DNA of 62,930 bases, the filler included, from Globobulimina sp. (Eukaryota): NCBI GenBank assembly GCA_003354225.1. It is 27 parts of 27 records of this genome, joined end to end, with 100 filler letters (N's around TTAATTAATTAA, not from the genome) between each part and the next. Parts side by side here need not be neighbours in the genome. Positions count along the whole stretch, not along the records: positions 35,034 to 37,267 come from PIVH01008005.1; positions 37,368 to 39,601 come from PIVH01008006.1; positions 39,702 to 41,935 come from PIVH01008007.1; positions 42,036 to 44,269 come from PIVH01008008.1; positions 44,370 to 46,603 come from PIVH01008009.1; positions 46,704 to 48,936 come from PIVH01008010.1; 21 more parts are not named here. One strand, 5' to 3'. This document shows, piece after piece, positions 36,283 through 48,936 of this stretch. Below the pieces are notes generated by a model. It ran no database searches, was not told where the DNA came from, and worked only from the letters and a program-made list of their open reading frames with translations. The position numbers and the translations under genes are program-made. Positions within the stretch are counted from its first letter, which is position 1, and each line of letters opens with the position of its first letter.

Positions 36283-37170
36283 TCACACAGTCGCCACAAA
36301 AAATAAAGCGGAACAAAGCATAATGGTCAATGTAACAATTGTCATTAAAACTGGCATATTATTTAACAGAATCGGAGCTGCTGATTTTGTTGGAACTGTT
36401 TCTGTAATATCCTCCACTGACACCGTACCATTTGATTTTTTTTGTTGCACAGTCTTTGAAGATTCATCATCCATTTCTTGTTTTATTTTCTTTGCAATTT
36501 TCTCTCCTTTATTACCAACAGTAATATCTAGTTAATGGTATACAAATATGTCAAATCTTGCACGTATACAAATATCGGAAAAATAAAACAACACTAAACT
36601 CATCCATGTGCACAAACTATCTCCTGTCTTCATAAATGATTTGTTTGTTCTTTTCTGACACTCTCTTAATTCATATTCATTTTTCCATTTTGTATAAATA
36701 TCATATTTTTCATCCTGAACCACAAAGGGCCACGAACAAAATGAGCATAAACAGTTCATTAGATTTTGAAAATGAATTGACTCAAAACAAACGAATTTGG
36801 TTTCTAACTTTCGCCAAATACTTTGTTGCGACCAATACCATTGTATTGTATCATGCTGCGGTGGGCGTGCTATTAAACTGATGTTTCGTATATAATCTGT
36901 CATTTCATCCTCGTGTTTTGAACATTCCTTTTCTGCCATTTCACCAAATAATTCAATCCCATCACATAATTTATCATATATGTTAATATTGCGTTGAATT
37001 AACTTGGTTTCCTCCAGATAGGAGTTCACTATGTTTTTGCGTTCTGGTGTGAATATTTTTGTTGCTTTACGCAATGCATTTCTTAAATTGTGTACATCTT
37101 CATTTCCATTTTGCGATTGTTCAGCGCCGCTGCTGATTGATATACACAGAAGCAAACAAATAAACAGCAT
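36283..37170 (-). CDS. Signal peptide + C-terminal hydrophobic tail (GPI-anchored or TM) hypothetical protein, probably 2 exons
   Basis: MLFICLLLCISISSG start; the downstream ORF ends in a hydrophobic tail. Confidence 0.55.
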
Positions 37171-37520
37171 TTTCTTAAAGAAAGCTTTGTGACAAGTCAG
37201 AAGATATGAAGCTCGAGTGGTAAACTATAATTCTCAGATAAACTAAGCCCTCTCCCTGTCAACTTTTNNNNNNNNNNNNNNNNNNNNNNNNNNNNNNNNN
37301 NNNNNNNNNNNTTAATTAATTAANNNNNNNNNNNNNNNNNNNNNNNNNNNNNNNNNNNNNNNNNNNNATCCCAAATTACAAAAATATTATATCAGATTGG
37401 CGCATAAAACGCAAATATCACAGATTATCTTTGTCAGAATAAACCATAATATAATTTATAATTTACAATTTATAATTTATAATAAATTATCTTTGTCAGA
37501 ATTAGTGTAGAATTTACAAT

Positions 37521-38345
37521 TTATAATTTGCTTTTCATCAAAATTTCCCTCGATCGTCTAATATACAAAGCATCATTGAACGGACAGGATCCCGACAAGC
37601 CTCCCTTTGATGCATATGGCCACCACATATATCCAATTTCATTTTGTTGTTTGGTTAATTGTTGAACGCCTTTCGATGTTTGTTTCACTAATTTAAAATG
37701 TGCCGCTAACAATGGATGTTTCTCCAATACATATTTCTCAAACAATTTATCGCCTAACCACTCATTAAAACCTTCCATCACATTATAAACAGCTAAGTCG
37801 CTTTGCGTTATCCGATTCTCAAAGTAATATCTCTGCCCTTCATCTCTCGCTAATGGTCTCCCAATAATTTCTAACCAGATTGGAAACCGTTTGAGGAAAA
37901 AATCGTTAATAAACTCTTGAGAATTCATCTTTTTATCTCGCATGGCACCCGCTGCATGATAGACATCTGTGAATGCGTCATTGCAATTTGCAATAATCAT
38001 ACCGCACTGCGCATGCGATAAATCAGATTTTGGTCGTAAACCATATAACTCTGCTAAATACTGAGTGGCGACGACACATTGATTTATCATTGTTGTGTTA
38101 TATACATCACCAATTTTACGAATATACGGTGGCGCCATGGACATATTCGCAAGTTTAGGATGAGGTTTCTGTGCACCATTTTTTGTTGATCGAATTAATG
38201 AGGATGCTACATCAAAACCGGCTGTTTCTTTGAACGGTATTCCACATTCTGCAAATACTAAACGAATAAAATTTCCTCTACATTTGATAGGCCAGTGAAC
38301 GATTTCCCATTCTGCTTTTCTTGCTTGTGACTGGGTCGAAGGCAT
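37521..38345 (-). CDS. Glutathione S-transferase
   Basis: HWPIKCRGNFIRL, APPYI, QCVVATQYLA, ITQSDLAVY. Confidence 0.85.
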   Translation of the reverse strand: MPSTQSQARKAEWEIVHWPIKCRGNFIRLVFAECGIPFKETAGFDVASSLIRSTKNGAQKPHPKLANMSMAPPYIRKIGDVYNTTMINQCVVATQYLAELYGLRPKSDLSHAQCGMIIANCNDAFTDVYHAAGAMRDKKMNSQEFINDFFLKRFPIWLEIIGRPLARDEGQRYYFENRITQSDLAVYNVMEGFNEWLGDKLFEKYVLEKHPLLAAHFKLVKQTSKGVQQLTKQQNEIGYMWWPYASKGGLSGSCPFNDALYIRRSREILMKSKL

Positions 38346-38577
38346 TGTTATGTTTTATAATGTGCAGTTGAGAGAAGGAGTTTTAATGAGAGGATTAGAT
38401 GAAGTAAGTAAGGTTGAAACTAAAGGTTTTTAAATAGAATTCTTACATCAGGGGTATGATCACTACAACAAGAGTCATTTAAATACTTCAAAGCGACCAG
38501 GTGACGCCATTATTTTTTTAAATATAAGAATGTTTATTTACTGTTTTTCAGTCTAACCTAGCGAGCTCAATGTCATT

Positions 38578-39201
38578 ATGTCATCTGTTTTAAGTTTACA
38601 AGAAGTAAAAAAAATCGATCAATCAGTTAAGGATATTGTATTTGGATACATCAAACAAAACATTACTAATACTAATGATACTATTCCTGAACTGATTGGT
38701 TATTGGTGTTTATTATATTACTATCATCGAATAGAATCACTCTGTAAATATGTACATCCAACAGAATACCGAGTCCCTCGGAATTTTAAATTATTGGATG
38801 AATTGGAGAAGGCTGAAAAAGGAAAGTATACAAATGTGGAAAAATATGGCTATGATTGCATGTGGGTTACTATTGGCTTAGATGGCAATGATCATAGTTT
38901 AACACATTGGAATGCTTCAATTATACCAGTGCCCGGCGGCTATATTGGTGATAGAATCTATTCATTAAAAATTGAAGTAGGAATACAATATCCTGAGCTT
39001 CCTCCATTCATTAGATTTGTTCAAAAAGTGGACATGCAATGTGTTGATAAAAATGGCCGTATTCAATTTAGTAAAATGAATAATTTTGAATGGAATGCAG
39101 AACAGTCTTTGTTTGAAGCCATTTTAGCAATTCGAGAAGAATTGGCACCAACGCAAGTCGAAAAAGCTTGTGCTAAAATACCATCGGGTGCAACATACTG
39201 A
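38578..39201 (+). CDS. Ubiquitin E2 variant (MMS2/UEV1-like) with extra N-terminal GYI module
   Basis: VPRNFKLLDELEKAEKG, WNASII, RIYSLKI and YPELPP are hallmarks of MMS2/UEV1; ~55-aa N-terminal extension. Confidence 0.88.
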   Translation: MSSVLSLQEVKKIDQSVKDIVFGYIKQNITNTNDTIPELIGYWCLLYYYHRIESLCKYVHPTEYRVPRNFKLLDELEKAEKGKYTNVEKYGYDCMWVTIGLDGNDHSLTHWNASIIPVPGGYIGDRIYSLKIEVGIQYPELPPFIRFVQKVDMQCVDKNGRIQFSKMNNFEWNAEQSLFEAILAIREELAPTQVEKACAKIPSGATY

Positions 39202-39402
39202 ATATGTGGACATATTTCTTTTATGTAATGCCAATGCAGAAAGTTTATAATCATACAGTTATTTTTTGAAATAATGTCTGCACTCTGCATTCGTTCATGT
39301 TTTAATCTTAATAATCTTTAAAAACGCGGTTCAAATATCTAACCATTAAAAAACAAAGATGTATAATTAATTATATTTGACAACAAAACAAAACAAAAAT
39401 TA

Positions 39403-39600
39403 TTATTTAGCGGTATCTTGAATATTTGGAGCAAGAACGGCATGAATACCTCCTTCAATTTGTGAATATTGATGAATTTGCGGATTTTCCTTTTTCTGTT
39501 TATATTTTTGAATGAAAATAAGGATTCTTTTGCGATGTCCTTTTTTGTGGATGGCCATATCGATTAAATCCTGCTCATTGATGCTATTTGTAATTGTAAG
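39403..39600 (-). CDS. 3' fragment with SAM domain end
   Basis: INEQDLIDMAIHKKGHRKRILIFI. Confidence 0.7.
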   Translation of the reverse strand, partial: LTITNSINEQDLIDMAIHKKGHRKRILIFIQKYKQKKENPQIHQYSQIEGGIHAVLAPNIQDTAK

Positions 39601-39703
39601 CNNNNNNNNNNNNNNNNNNNNNNNNNNNNNNNNNNNNNNNNNNNNTTAATTAATTAANNNNNNNNNNNNNNNNNNNNNNNNNNNNNNNNNNNNNNNNNNN
39701 NCA

Positions 39704-40398
39704 TGTAAAATAATTGACAAAAACAAGAAATTATTAAGTTTAGCATTTTTAGACGGATCATTTAAGCAAAATATTAAAGGGAATTTATGTAAAAAAAGGC
39801 CAAATATTGATAATGAGAATAATTTGCTTCAATGTATTGAGAAAATCAGACAAAATCTGGAAACTCAGTAAAATGAAATTAGTCAAAGCAAAACAATATG
39901 GAAAGAAAAATGGAATGCTCAGTTTAAAGGAACAGATATCACAATTAAAGGTGACATTGTATCACATGCTAATAATAATAATTCACATCAGAATGTGTTT
40001 GGTGTCAATGTATGTAAACAATCATCATCATATCATTGGAAAATAAAGATATTGGCTGGTTATGTTGTGTTGGCTGGAATTATTGAAAAAGGAACAGAAA
40101 CATCAATGGGAAGCACTTATTTTGCATCGTCTCCAAATGGATATGCATTGTTTGGATATGATGGTAATATATATAATGGAGGTAAAGGTAAACCGTATAC
40201 TTCTGCAATGAAAGTGGGTGATACAATCGATGTGTATTTGGATTTGAGAAGATATAAATTATCATTTTCTGTGAATGGCAAAAGCTGTGGTGTGGCTTAT
40301 CAGAATTTAAAACAAACAGAATATAGATTTGGTGTCAATTTGTACGGAGGAGGTCCTCAGGAGGATCAGTAAAATTGTTATCGAGTGATATGAAATGA
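39704..40398 (+). pseudogene. SPRY/B30.2-domain gene with in-frame TAA (39869-39871) and a likely 3' frameshift
   Basis: YHWKIKI, GDTIDVYLDL, LSFSVNG; the frame is open on both sides of the stop. Confidence 0.65.
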
Positions 40399-40645
40399 TG
40401 ATAAGATATAAAATGTTGCGTTATATGGTTTGTTGTGTTGGACTGTGTGTAATTAAGTTTTCTGTTGCCATGGTTAAAAGTGTGTGCTTTTTAACTCAAA
40501 TAATTGGTATAATAACAAATGCCGGAACAAAGTCCGATTCTAGACACGCTTTCTTGTGAAAGGCAAGCATTGGCGAATATATTCGCGTGTGGTGCTCAGC
40601 TGCAATAATAATAATAATCATAATCGTGGCGATTCAAATTAATGA

Positions 40646-41851
40646 ATGATACCAACTGAATTTAGACCGATGCGCGGACCAAATATTACAATGAATAAAG
40701 ATGTGTGGACCCGGAAAGGCCGTGTCTTTATTGGCTTGCTATTTATCTTTGCTTTGTGGTGTATTGGTGCTGAATTAATACTGTATCGCCACTACAAATC
40801 AAGCAAACGTTTTATTCGAAGCGTAAATCCGAAACCAAAAGCTCATCATTCTCCAAGTCAACAAACTATAATAATCCCTCCAAAATGCGGCATGGCAAAC
40901 AACTCATTTATTAAATATTACGGCGAAGCATTAAATCCACCGATTTACAACCAATTACATCGCAATAATGCGGAGAAAAAAGACCCACGAATGACGGTGT
41001 TTAATGCGTATGGCTGCAGCAACCATAAAAAATATTGTTTCGGCGAACCGCAATCAATTCCTTGTTGCACAAAGATATTATTTGATATTTGGCATGCTTT
41101 TGATAAATACCTTACAAAGCATGGCGTTGAATATTCGCTGAGATGGGGTTCCCTGTTATTTGCTGTGCGAAACGGCCAACACATGCCATGGGATGGAAGG
41201 GACATCGATATTGGATTCATGCGACCGGAGGAAAACGCACACGAAGCAGTGGAGGAATTCCTCAGTGATTATAATCTGGCACTGGATCCACTGTATGACC
41301 ATCATATTGTGGATACGTCTGTTTTCTATAAGTTGCATCATGAAAAGCATGGTTATCCCGATCCAGAGCAGAAGTTTTGTTTTGTTGACTTTGAGTTTTC
41401 GTTCGCTGTCAAAGAGTTTGAATATGAGGATACATTGACACTGTCCGGCATTCCATTCTTTGACATGGGTTTCAATGCAGATGCTGCGGATGGAATTGAC
41501 ATGGAATTATCCCACGGTTTGCCAATGATTCCTGTCAGTTATTATGGGTCGAATATGATGGAACCACCGAGGCAAATGTATGTTTATCCGGATTTCTATA
41601 AACATCTCAACAGAAACTATGGTCACTGGGAATGGCTCGATATTGCACCGTATTGGGTTTCTGATCAACAATTAGAAGTTTAGTAATTACATATATATGT
41701 TATTTGTTTTGTGGTTTGCATCTTTTGTTGGTTTATGATTTTTTAGTACCATGGGTTTAACAGAGCGAATATGAGCGGATACTGGCAACAAATGAAAAAG
41801 AGAATGGTTAAAATGTTGGGCGATGATCCTGCAGTTTACCATTTTTTATGA
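40646..41851 (+). CDS. LicD/fukutin-family nucleotidyltransferase-fold type II membrane protein (intron 41678-41746)
   Basis: N-terminal TM; GSLLFAVRNGQHMPWDGRDIDIG. Confidence 0.85.
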
Positions 41852-42121
41852 GTGCAATCTATTGTTTTGTTGTTGTGTGACTCTGTGTTTCCTTTATGTT
41901 GTTTGCTATATGTTTTACAAATAAATTCCGAATGTNNNNNNNNNNNNNNNNNNNNNNNNNNNNNNNNNNNNNNNNNNNNTTAATTAATTAANNNNNNNNN
42001 NNNNNNNNNNNNNNNNNNNNNNNNNNNNNNNNNNNTTAAATGTTTAATACAAATTAAATAAAAAACTAAAAAATTAAAATGTAATTCATTCAGAAACGAA
42101 CGCATCCGCGAAGATTTTATT

Positions 42122-42890
42122 GTGCAGTATAACAATTCAAACGTTAATAAAATAACAAATGTATCTTCCTTTGACAAGCGACGTGTGGTATTTATCAGTC
42201 TGACGGGATTATACAATACATATTCTAAATGCCCATCGGTCGTATTATATTCTGCTTTATGTCTCTTACCACTTAAAAGGAATTGGATATATCAACCAAA
42301 AAAATATATGCGTCAAATAAAGGAGAAAACTGAAGTATTTCGTCTATTTCATCAAGGTACAGAATATAATGCCGTACGTTTCTCTGACTGCACATTGTGT
42401 TTTATATTTATATGCAGATCCAAAAAAAACCAAAACTTTCCTAAATTTATTGAAATGGAAAGACTCTCAGGGTTTAGTTTTTTTTATGTTGGATGATATC
42501 GATGAAGAAGTATATAATAATTGTGCTGATTTAAAGTCTGCGTTTTGGCACGCTTTGTCTGCAAAATTGACCACTTTGTATGACCCAGTAACAGGCTGTC
42601 ATTATGAACCGATAATATTTGATAACCAATTTTGGAGAGGAAAAAGTGAGAAACAGAGTGGTAATTCTCCCAAATACAAAACAAAAACACATTTGGTATT
42701 GGCGGAGTTATATCTTTTATCAGGAAAATATAAATCCATTCAGGAAATTATATATCAGTCCAATCCAAACTCATTAAATCCAATCATATTATATGAGTAT
42801 GGCAAAAGTTGTGCTTTTACGAAAACTGCGCCTTTTACTAAAACTACAATAAATGGAGATGATGGCTGGGTGATCTCGACCGATTATTAA
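42122..42890 (+). CDS. Hypothetical protein, 3' part (intron 42357-42417)
   Basis: A phase-1 GT-AG intron joins ORFs 42122 and 42369. Confidence 0.5.
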
Positions 42891-44794
42891 AGCATATAAT
42901 AATATTATATTTCTATCATATATTCCCAATCATTACATTCCCCCTCGTATTCAGAAAAAGATATGTTTGTTTTCTGTATGCATTTGACAAATGACAATCA
43001 AGTTTAACTGTATATTATTAGTATACAGATTTTTTTTCATTATAATAAGTCAACTCGATCTATATTATCATATTCCTATATATTGTATTATCATATTGTT
43101 TATAATGATAAAAATATTTATTCTTTGATTGTAAAAGCATATGTAATTTGACAATTGACTTTCTTTCATATCTCGATCTGTTTTGTTTGTGTTTAAATTT
43201 GTGTCTAAATATTATTTTTTTGTTATTGAATTGATTTCTTAAAGTTTTGAACAAGTATTTTTTTTTCTGACAGCCATGGTTAGCTGTTTCATTCCATATT
43301 TGCAGAAGTATTGTAGTGTTCGTTCAAATATTATTGTGATAAAACAAAAACAAGAGAAGTGCAAGGATACAACATTCAATCTGTGAAGCGGTTCAAACTA
43401 ACTTTCTAATCTAACATCAACTCAGTCAGTGCTAACACCATGTCGTCTTTCCAGCAAGTTCCACTCGTCTCAATCTCTTTTATCAATCGTCGCAATCTCG
43501 CCGACCAAGCCAAGCCAAGCAATAACAACAACAAGAACCGTGAACATTGCATGGACCAAGAACCACAACAACAATATTAAAGAAGTATGTGTTTGGGCAC
43601 ATTATTAACCTAATTATGCATTCCGGGGACCCTTCCCTCATATTTGTAGGTTACGTCAAGTGGCTAACCTGGATTAATAAGTGCGAGTGGCCCATGGCCT
43701 CAGAGGATATCTTACAACGGCCATCGAAGGTTTCCACTCGTATTTATGCATAATAAAATAGGCAAACACATATCCACTGTACACCACACAACACTAAGTC
43801 AAGAACTGTGCCACCAGCTGCAGTCAATATGTATTAATTGTATTGTACATGTGTTGTTGTTGGGAAGATGCTATTTGTTGGACGGGTGGTTTCCAGGTCA
43901 TTGATACTGTCATTTAATGCATACACATACAAATTGGCACTGCTGGTAACATACAGTTAGATTTTCGAGGAATGTGCCCTTGCCATTGCCATTGGTCATG
44001 TATGATGGGCACTGCTGTTAACATACAAATGTCCCCATTCATAGCATATAAACAGTATGTTTAATTTAGTATGATTCATTTTGATTGCAGGGTATGCAGT
44101 GACTTGTTGCTCCCCGGCGGTCCGCTAAAATAGTATGTGAGCCGCAGCAAACACAAATACATAAGTTCTGGTTTGGGATGTAAATGATACGCACCTCCTG
44201 GCAATGTAATTTAATTTAAATTAAATTATAGCTAACGTGTCTCTAATATTCATTGATTTAATTTGTTTTNNNNNNNNNNNNNNNNNNNNNNNNNNNNNNN
44301 NNNNNNNNNNNNNTTAATTAATTAANNNNNNNNNNNNNNNNNNNNNNNNNNNNNNNNNNNNNNNNNNNNATAATAGAATGCCACATAACAAAAACGAATT
44401 TGTGTACACACATCACAACTTTTTCTATTGTTTGTATCTGTTTCTTACCGTTTCTAAATCGCACCACAGTTGGCGCATCCACCTGTATATCGGAACTGAG
44501 ACCACTTTTAGGCCGTATAGGATCCATATGAAAGAATATGAAATTTTGAACAGTTTTGAGAGTGCCATTGCATTGAACGAGTGCATACAATATTGATCTT
44601 TCTTTCATATTGATATTGCATATCTGAGAGACACAGAATTAGGCTGCCAGGCCTCAATATATTCATTTAATTGCATTAATCTTTGCTTAATATTGAGATG
44701 GATGCATTTTTGATTGCAATTAGAAATGAATATATTGTGTTTTTATAAACAATACAACTCGCAGCAGGCTGTATGCATAAATAAAATCAAATAA

Positions 44795-45138
44795 AATGGA
44801 ATGGAATGGAATGGAATAAAATCAGTACGTTGCCACTGCTATGTGCGTTGTAAAATGGATGATTTGGCGCATCGCCAATCTCAATGTAATATATGATTTT
44901 TGCATTGGATGTATGATTTAATTTGTCAACATTGAATGAAATATATTTTAAAAGCATGCCATTTTTATGCAATTATTATAATTGAATGAATTGAATTGAA
45001 TTGAATTGGAACAATATGAATGTGCTAGCTACAATATTTGAGAATGAATATATATTTGCGATCCGATCCGATGCGATGCGATGCGATGCGATCACTATTT
45101 AGTATGTACACAATATAATAATCCGAAGCGAAGCGAAG
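44795..45138. repeat. Cluster of four different pentanucleotide tandem repeats
   Basis: (AATGG)4 44795-44814, (AATTG)4 44989-45008, (CGATS)7 45059-45093, (CGAAG)3 45124-45138. Confidence 0.9.
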
Positions 45139-45289
45139 CGAGTATCCATTGCAAAATGCTTCAATTAATGGAATGGGAATGTCATAGCGATAGAATTATA
45201 AAAGCCTGGCATTGAGGTTCCGACTTCATGCAAATAGCCAGCTAGCTCACAGTTTTAGTGACTCTTAAATCTCATAAAAAGCATCGAAG

Positions 45290-46603
45290 ATGAGTCGCAT
45301 CGAAAACGAACCGATCTATAGAAAAGTACCCAAAAATAATCAAGGATCCAATTCAAATAATGTTCCATTTTGGTTCAAGTTAAAAAAGGAACTCGGCGGA
45401 GGTGGATTCGGTTCAGTCCATGCAGTCGATTTATTTAAAGACCAAAATAAAACAATTCCAGTGGTCGGAGAGTTTGCTGTGAAAATTTGCGATGGTACGC
45501 AATTCGGATTGGCATCTCTCGCCAGAGAGATACGAATATATGAACATCTGACAAAGGCCACAGGCAGTCAACATGTGGTCAAGTATTATGGAGCGGGAGC
45601 TGGCATTAATAAACGTATTATATTATTACAAAAATTTGGCATCTCATTATTCGATTACGTGCACAAAAAAGGAGTGTTGTCATTGTTAAAAATGAAGATA
45701 TTGACGATGTATTTATTGAGAACAATTAAGGAAATCCATGGCAAGAAAATCATTTTACATGACATAAAACCACAAAATATTTTGATTCGCGGCGATTCCC
45801 CCAAAGACATTGAACTGTCTATTTGCGATTTTGGCTCCGCAATGGAAAAAAAAATAAAAAGAAATGAAAACGATGACGATGCGAAACAACATGAAAAGGA
45901 AAACAATGTATACCTCACACGGCGGCATGCGTGCTTTGATGGGAAAGAGAAATTTGATCCGGACATACCACACACGGCGAAATATAAAGCACCGGAATTA
46001 TGGGAAGACTTTGCAAAGGAATATGATGTTGAATGTGATATGTTTGCCGCGGGATTAGTTCTCATATTTATGTTAGTTGGAATGGAACCAAATTGGAAAG
46101 GAAATAAATATAAATTGAGCGCAGAGGCTGTTATCCAAAGCACTCATTTACGGCCATCATTACCGCAAAATATACCGTCACATCTCGCTAAATTTATTAG
46201 TGTATTTTTGGCAATCAACCCACAACACAGAATCACAGCAAAGGAAGCATTGAAGTTGGAAGAAGAAAGCGGCAAAAAAAAGGGTGATGAGGACATGGCA
46301 AAGAATCAGCGTTCGAACCGTTTTTTGTATACATTTTATGTGGATTTGTCACCCTTAAAACAAATAAAAAATCTAAAACAAAACCTTAAAGATGATGTCG
46401 ATTGTTATTGTCAATTATTGTTATTTCTCTCGCGTATTTTTATAAAAATGAATGAAGAATATGAAATTATGAGACATGTATTGCCGGCTTATTGTAACCA
46501 ATCTGGATCGGAAACAAATAGGGACAAATTCAGAAGAAGCACCTTGGTACAAACCTTATATGCAATTGAACATAATCTGACTTGTATATTGTTGACATAT
46601 CCG
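45290..46603 (+). CDS. Ser/Thr protein kinase, non-RD type, 3'-partial
   Basis: GGGGFG, AVK, LHDIKPQN, DFG, YKAPE. Confidence 0.9.
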
Positions 46604-46703
46604 NNNNNNNNNNNNNNNNNNNNNNNNNNNNNNNNNNNNNNNNNNNNTTAATTAATTAANNNNNNNNNNNNNNNNNNNNNNNNNNNNNNNNNNNNNNNNN
46701 NNN

Positions 46704-46922
46704 TTTAATTGGAATTATTGCATCGGGTTTGCTTTATTTCATGTTTCCATAAAGCATTGCCTTAAACACTGGCGATATGGATGCCAATAACATACGATTT
46801 GTTTCAAATTCTTTCTTTTCTCCACCAACAATGAATGTAACATCGCAAAATGTATGGTCGTTTAGGATATTCAAGAGATTCTGGCGTTGTTTTGCAAAGA
46901 AAACAGGTGAAACTGAAGACAT
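46704..46922 (-). pseudogene. BTB/POZ-domain gene 5' part with in-frame TAA (46734-46736)
   Basis: CDVTFIVG..RMLLASISPVFKAMLYGNMK*SKPDAII; the stop sits where Glu is usual. Confidence 0.7.
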
Positions 46923-47094
46923 GTTGAGAATCTTCAAAAAACTAAGAAATCATGCAAATCATGCAGACAATTTTATTCTTTCTACATCATATCTCGACAA
47001 TGGAGAAACACAAATGAAGCAATAATTGCAGGATTACCATTGTAAATAAAACAAAAGCGCAAAACGCCTGTGCGAGGATTAAAATGTGCTAAGC

Positions 47095-47890
47095 CTAAAA
47101 TACAGTGATGAGAGCAAAACAAGCGTAAAATAGTGCCATTGGATACAATATCAGATATCTTTGGTGCCTCATTTGAGTTAATTTTTCGAAAAAGCGTGTT
47201 GAAATCGTAGCGGCCCACATAACAAAAAATGTAGACAATAAAAATCCAATTTTTCCTTGTAAATTGAATACGATGTTGATAGTTGATAGAAATATAATGG
47301 GTAATACGCAATATCCGACAATTGAGACCGTGTGCAACATATCAATTTTATTATTATGGTCACACATTAGCTTTAACATCCAATTGATGCCAATACAACC
47401 AATAATATTAAAACCATAAATATATCCAAAATGGACTTTACCTGCACATAATAGACAAAACCCCAATGCACAACAAAATATTATGGGACCCGCTAAATCA
47501 CCATCTTGTAACACATCAGTTTTTAAATCCTTTCGTGGTATCAATACATACAATGTCTTCTGCAAAATGTTTGAAAAATTAATGCCTAATTCTTCCAATA
47601 ACGGCGCTTCATTCTCAAAATCATCCCACGTGATATTGCTATCACTTTGGCTGCGGTCGATGTCGTTTAACGGACGGAATCTATTTATACCGTTTTGCGT
47701 GGGTTGTGAAGATCCAATGGTCCCATTCTGTGCTGTGGATTTATAATCTCCTCCATCAAAAAAATTAAGCAATTCTGGGTCGTTTTGGTTCTGTTATTGT
47801 CATTACAATGAAATGTCATTATTTAATGGTGTGGTATTTGACACAATTACACATAAAATTGAAAACAAAACTTGCCTGTGGTATCATCAT
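47095..47890 (-). CDS. YIP1: Yip1-family Golgi membrane protein (YIPF5-like); putative GC-AG intron 47791-47875
   Basis: EAPLLEELGINF, DLAGP, GKVHFGYIYG, GYCVLP, LILYP. Confidence 0.9.
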
Positions 47891-47947
47891 TAAATAATGT
47901 TAGTGGATTCAGTGCAGACGTTTTTTTTGTTGATACATTTAATTATA

Positions 47948-48936
47948 ATGTCGCTGCCAACAATACTAGTGATTGGTCAAAATTCGAAAGGAGAGTGTGG
48001 ATTAAACCATGCTGATGTGATAAAAGAATTGACCAATTTTACTGAATTTTACAAAGATATTAAAATTAACTCAGTTCATTGCGGATGCAAACATGTCATA
48101 TATGCAGAAAAAAACATGCAAAATTCATGGGCTGCTGGTTATAATCGCCATGCTCAGTGTGGCACTCCGTATGATGACCTTAAATCAGATGGTAATATTA
48201 CATCATTGTCAGCAATAAAATATTTCAAAAACAATAATATGAACGTAACCAAGATATGTTGCAATAGTGTGGGTGATAATTCATTTTGGAGAACAGATAA
48301 GAAACAACTACATCCAATTGCGTGTAATTCGAACAAACAAATGGGTTTCCCTGAAACGAATCTGTCAGTCCCAAAGTTAATAACAGCATTACAAGATGTG
48401 GTTGATATTGAAGCAAATGATAATCAGTGCATTGCGCTATGTTCAACAAATATTGATATTGCAATCAGTGTTATTAAATACTGGTCGCCATCGTTGCTGG
48501 ACGACATTGTACATATAATTGTAATGTTTTATCATACGATAAATATGTATTCAACAAATAATTTTGGAAATGGTGAAAAAGGGACAAGACAATGGAATGA
48601 GATCGAGACATTTATTGGCGTACATATTGTTAAGGTAACAACTGATATATTTCTGTTGATTGATGTCTGATAATTACGACAATTTCAACCAATCTAATAA
48701 AATATGTTACATTTCCATCAACATTTATTAGATTGGTTGAAATATACAATTATCGTAATTATACTGGATAACATTTAATAATACGTTGTGAAAACATTTG
48801 TTTTGGATTTGTCCGGGATTATAATTGCATTTTCATGAAATATGTGATAAGATTTCAAGTGGATATCGGCATTCAATGTACGTAGAGAAGAATGGCAGAG
48901 TTTGGAGTTGCGGCCTTGGCACCGGTGGTGAACTTG
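47948..48936 (+). CDS. RCC1-repeat protein, 3'-partial (intron 48635-48851)
   Basis: GQNSKGECG, GYNRHAQCG; spliced IVK-ISSGYRHS..GRVWSCG..GEL. Confidence 0.8.
48670..48762. repeat. Intronic inverted repeat (20-bp perfect inner arms, 10-bp outer arms)
   Basis: 48682-48701 pairs with 48724-48743; 48670-48679 pairs with 48753-48762. Confidence 0.9.

Noticed and set aside
37425-37530. Duplicated ATTATCTTTGTCAGAAT and AATTTACAATTTATAATTT at the GST 3' end
   Set aside because: It looks like a simple local AT-rich duplication with no further structure.
43300-44269. Non-coding stretch with short ORFs and a ~20-bp imperfect direct repeat
   Set aside because: No recognisable protein or RNA motif; probably decayed repeat sequence, and nothing can be supported.
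39869-46736. In-frame TAA in SPRY and BTB genes as evidence of a reassigned stop codon
   Set aside because: Long conserved ORFs (DNA-PKcs, CDPK, LINE) contain no in-frame TAA, and TAA ends SNRNP40 and CDPK. Pseudogenes in expanded families explain it better.
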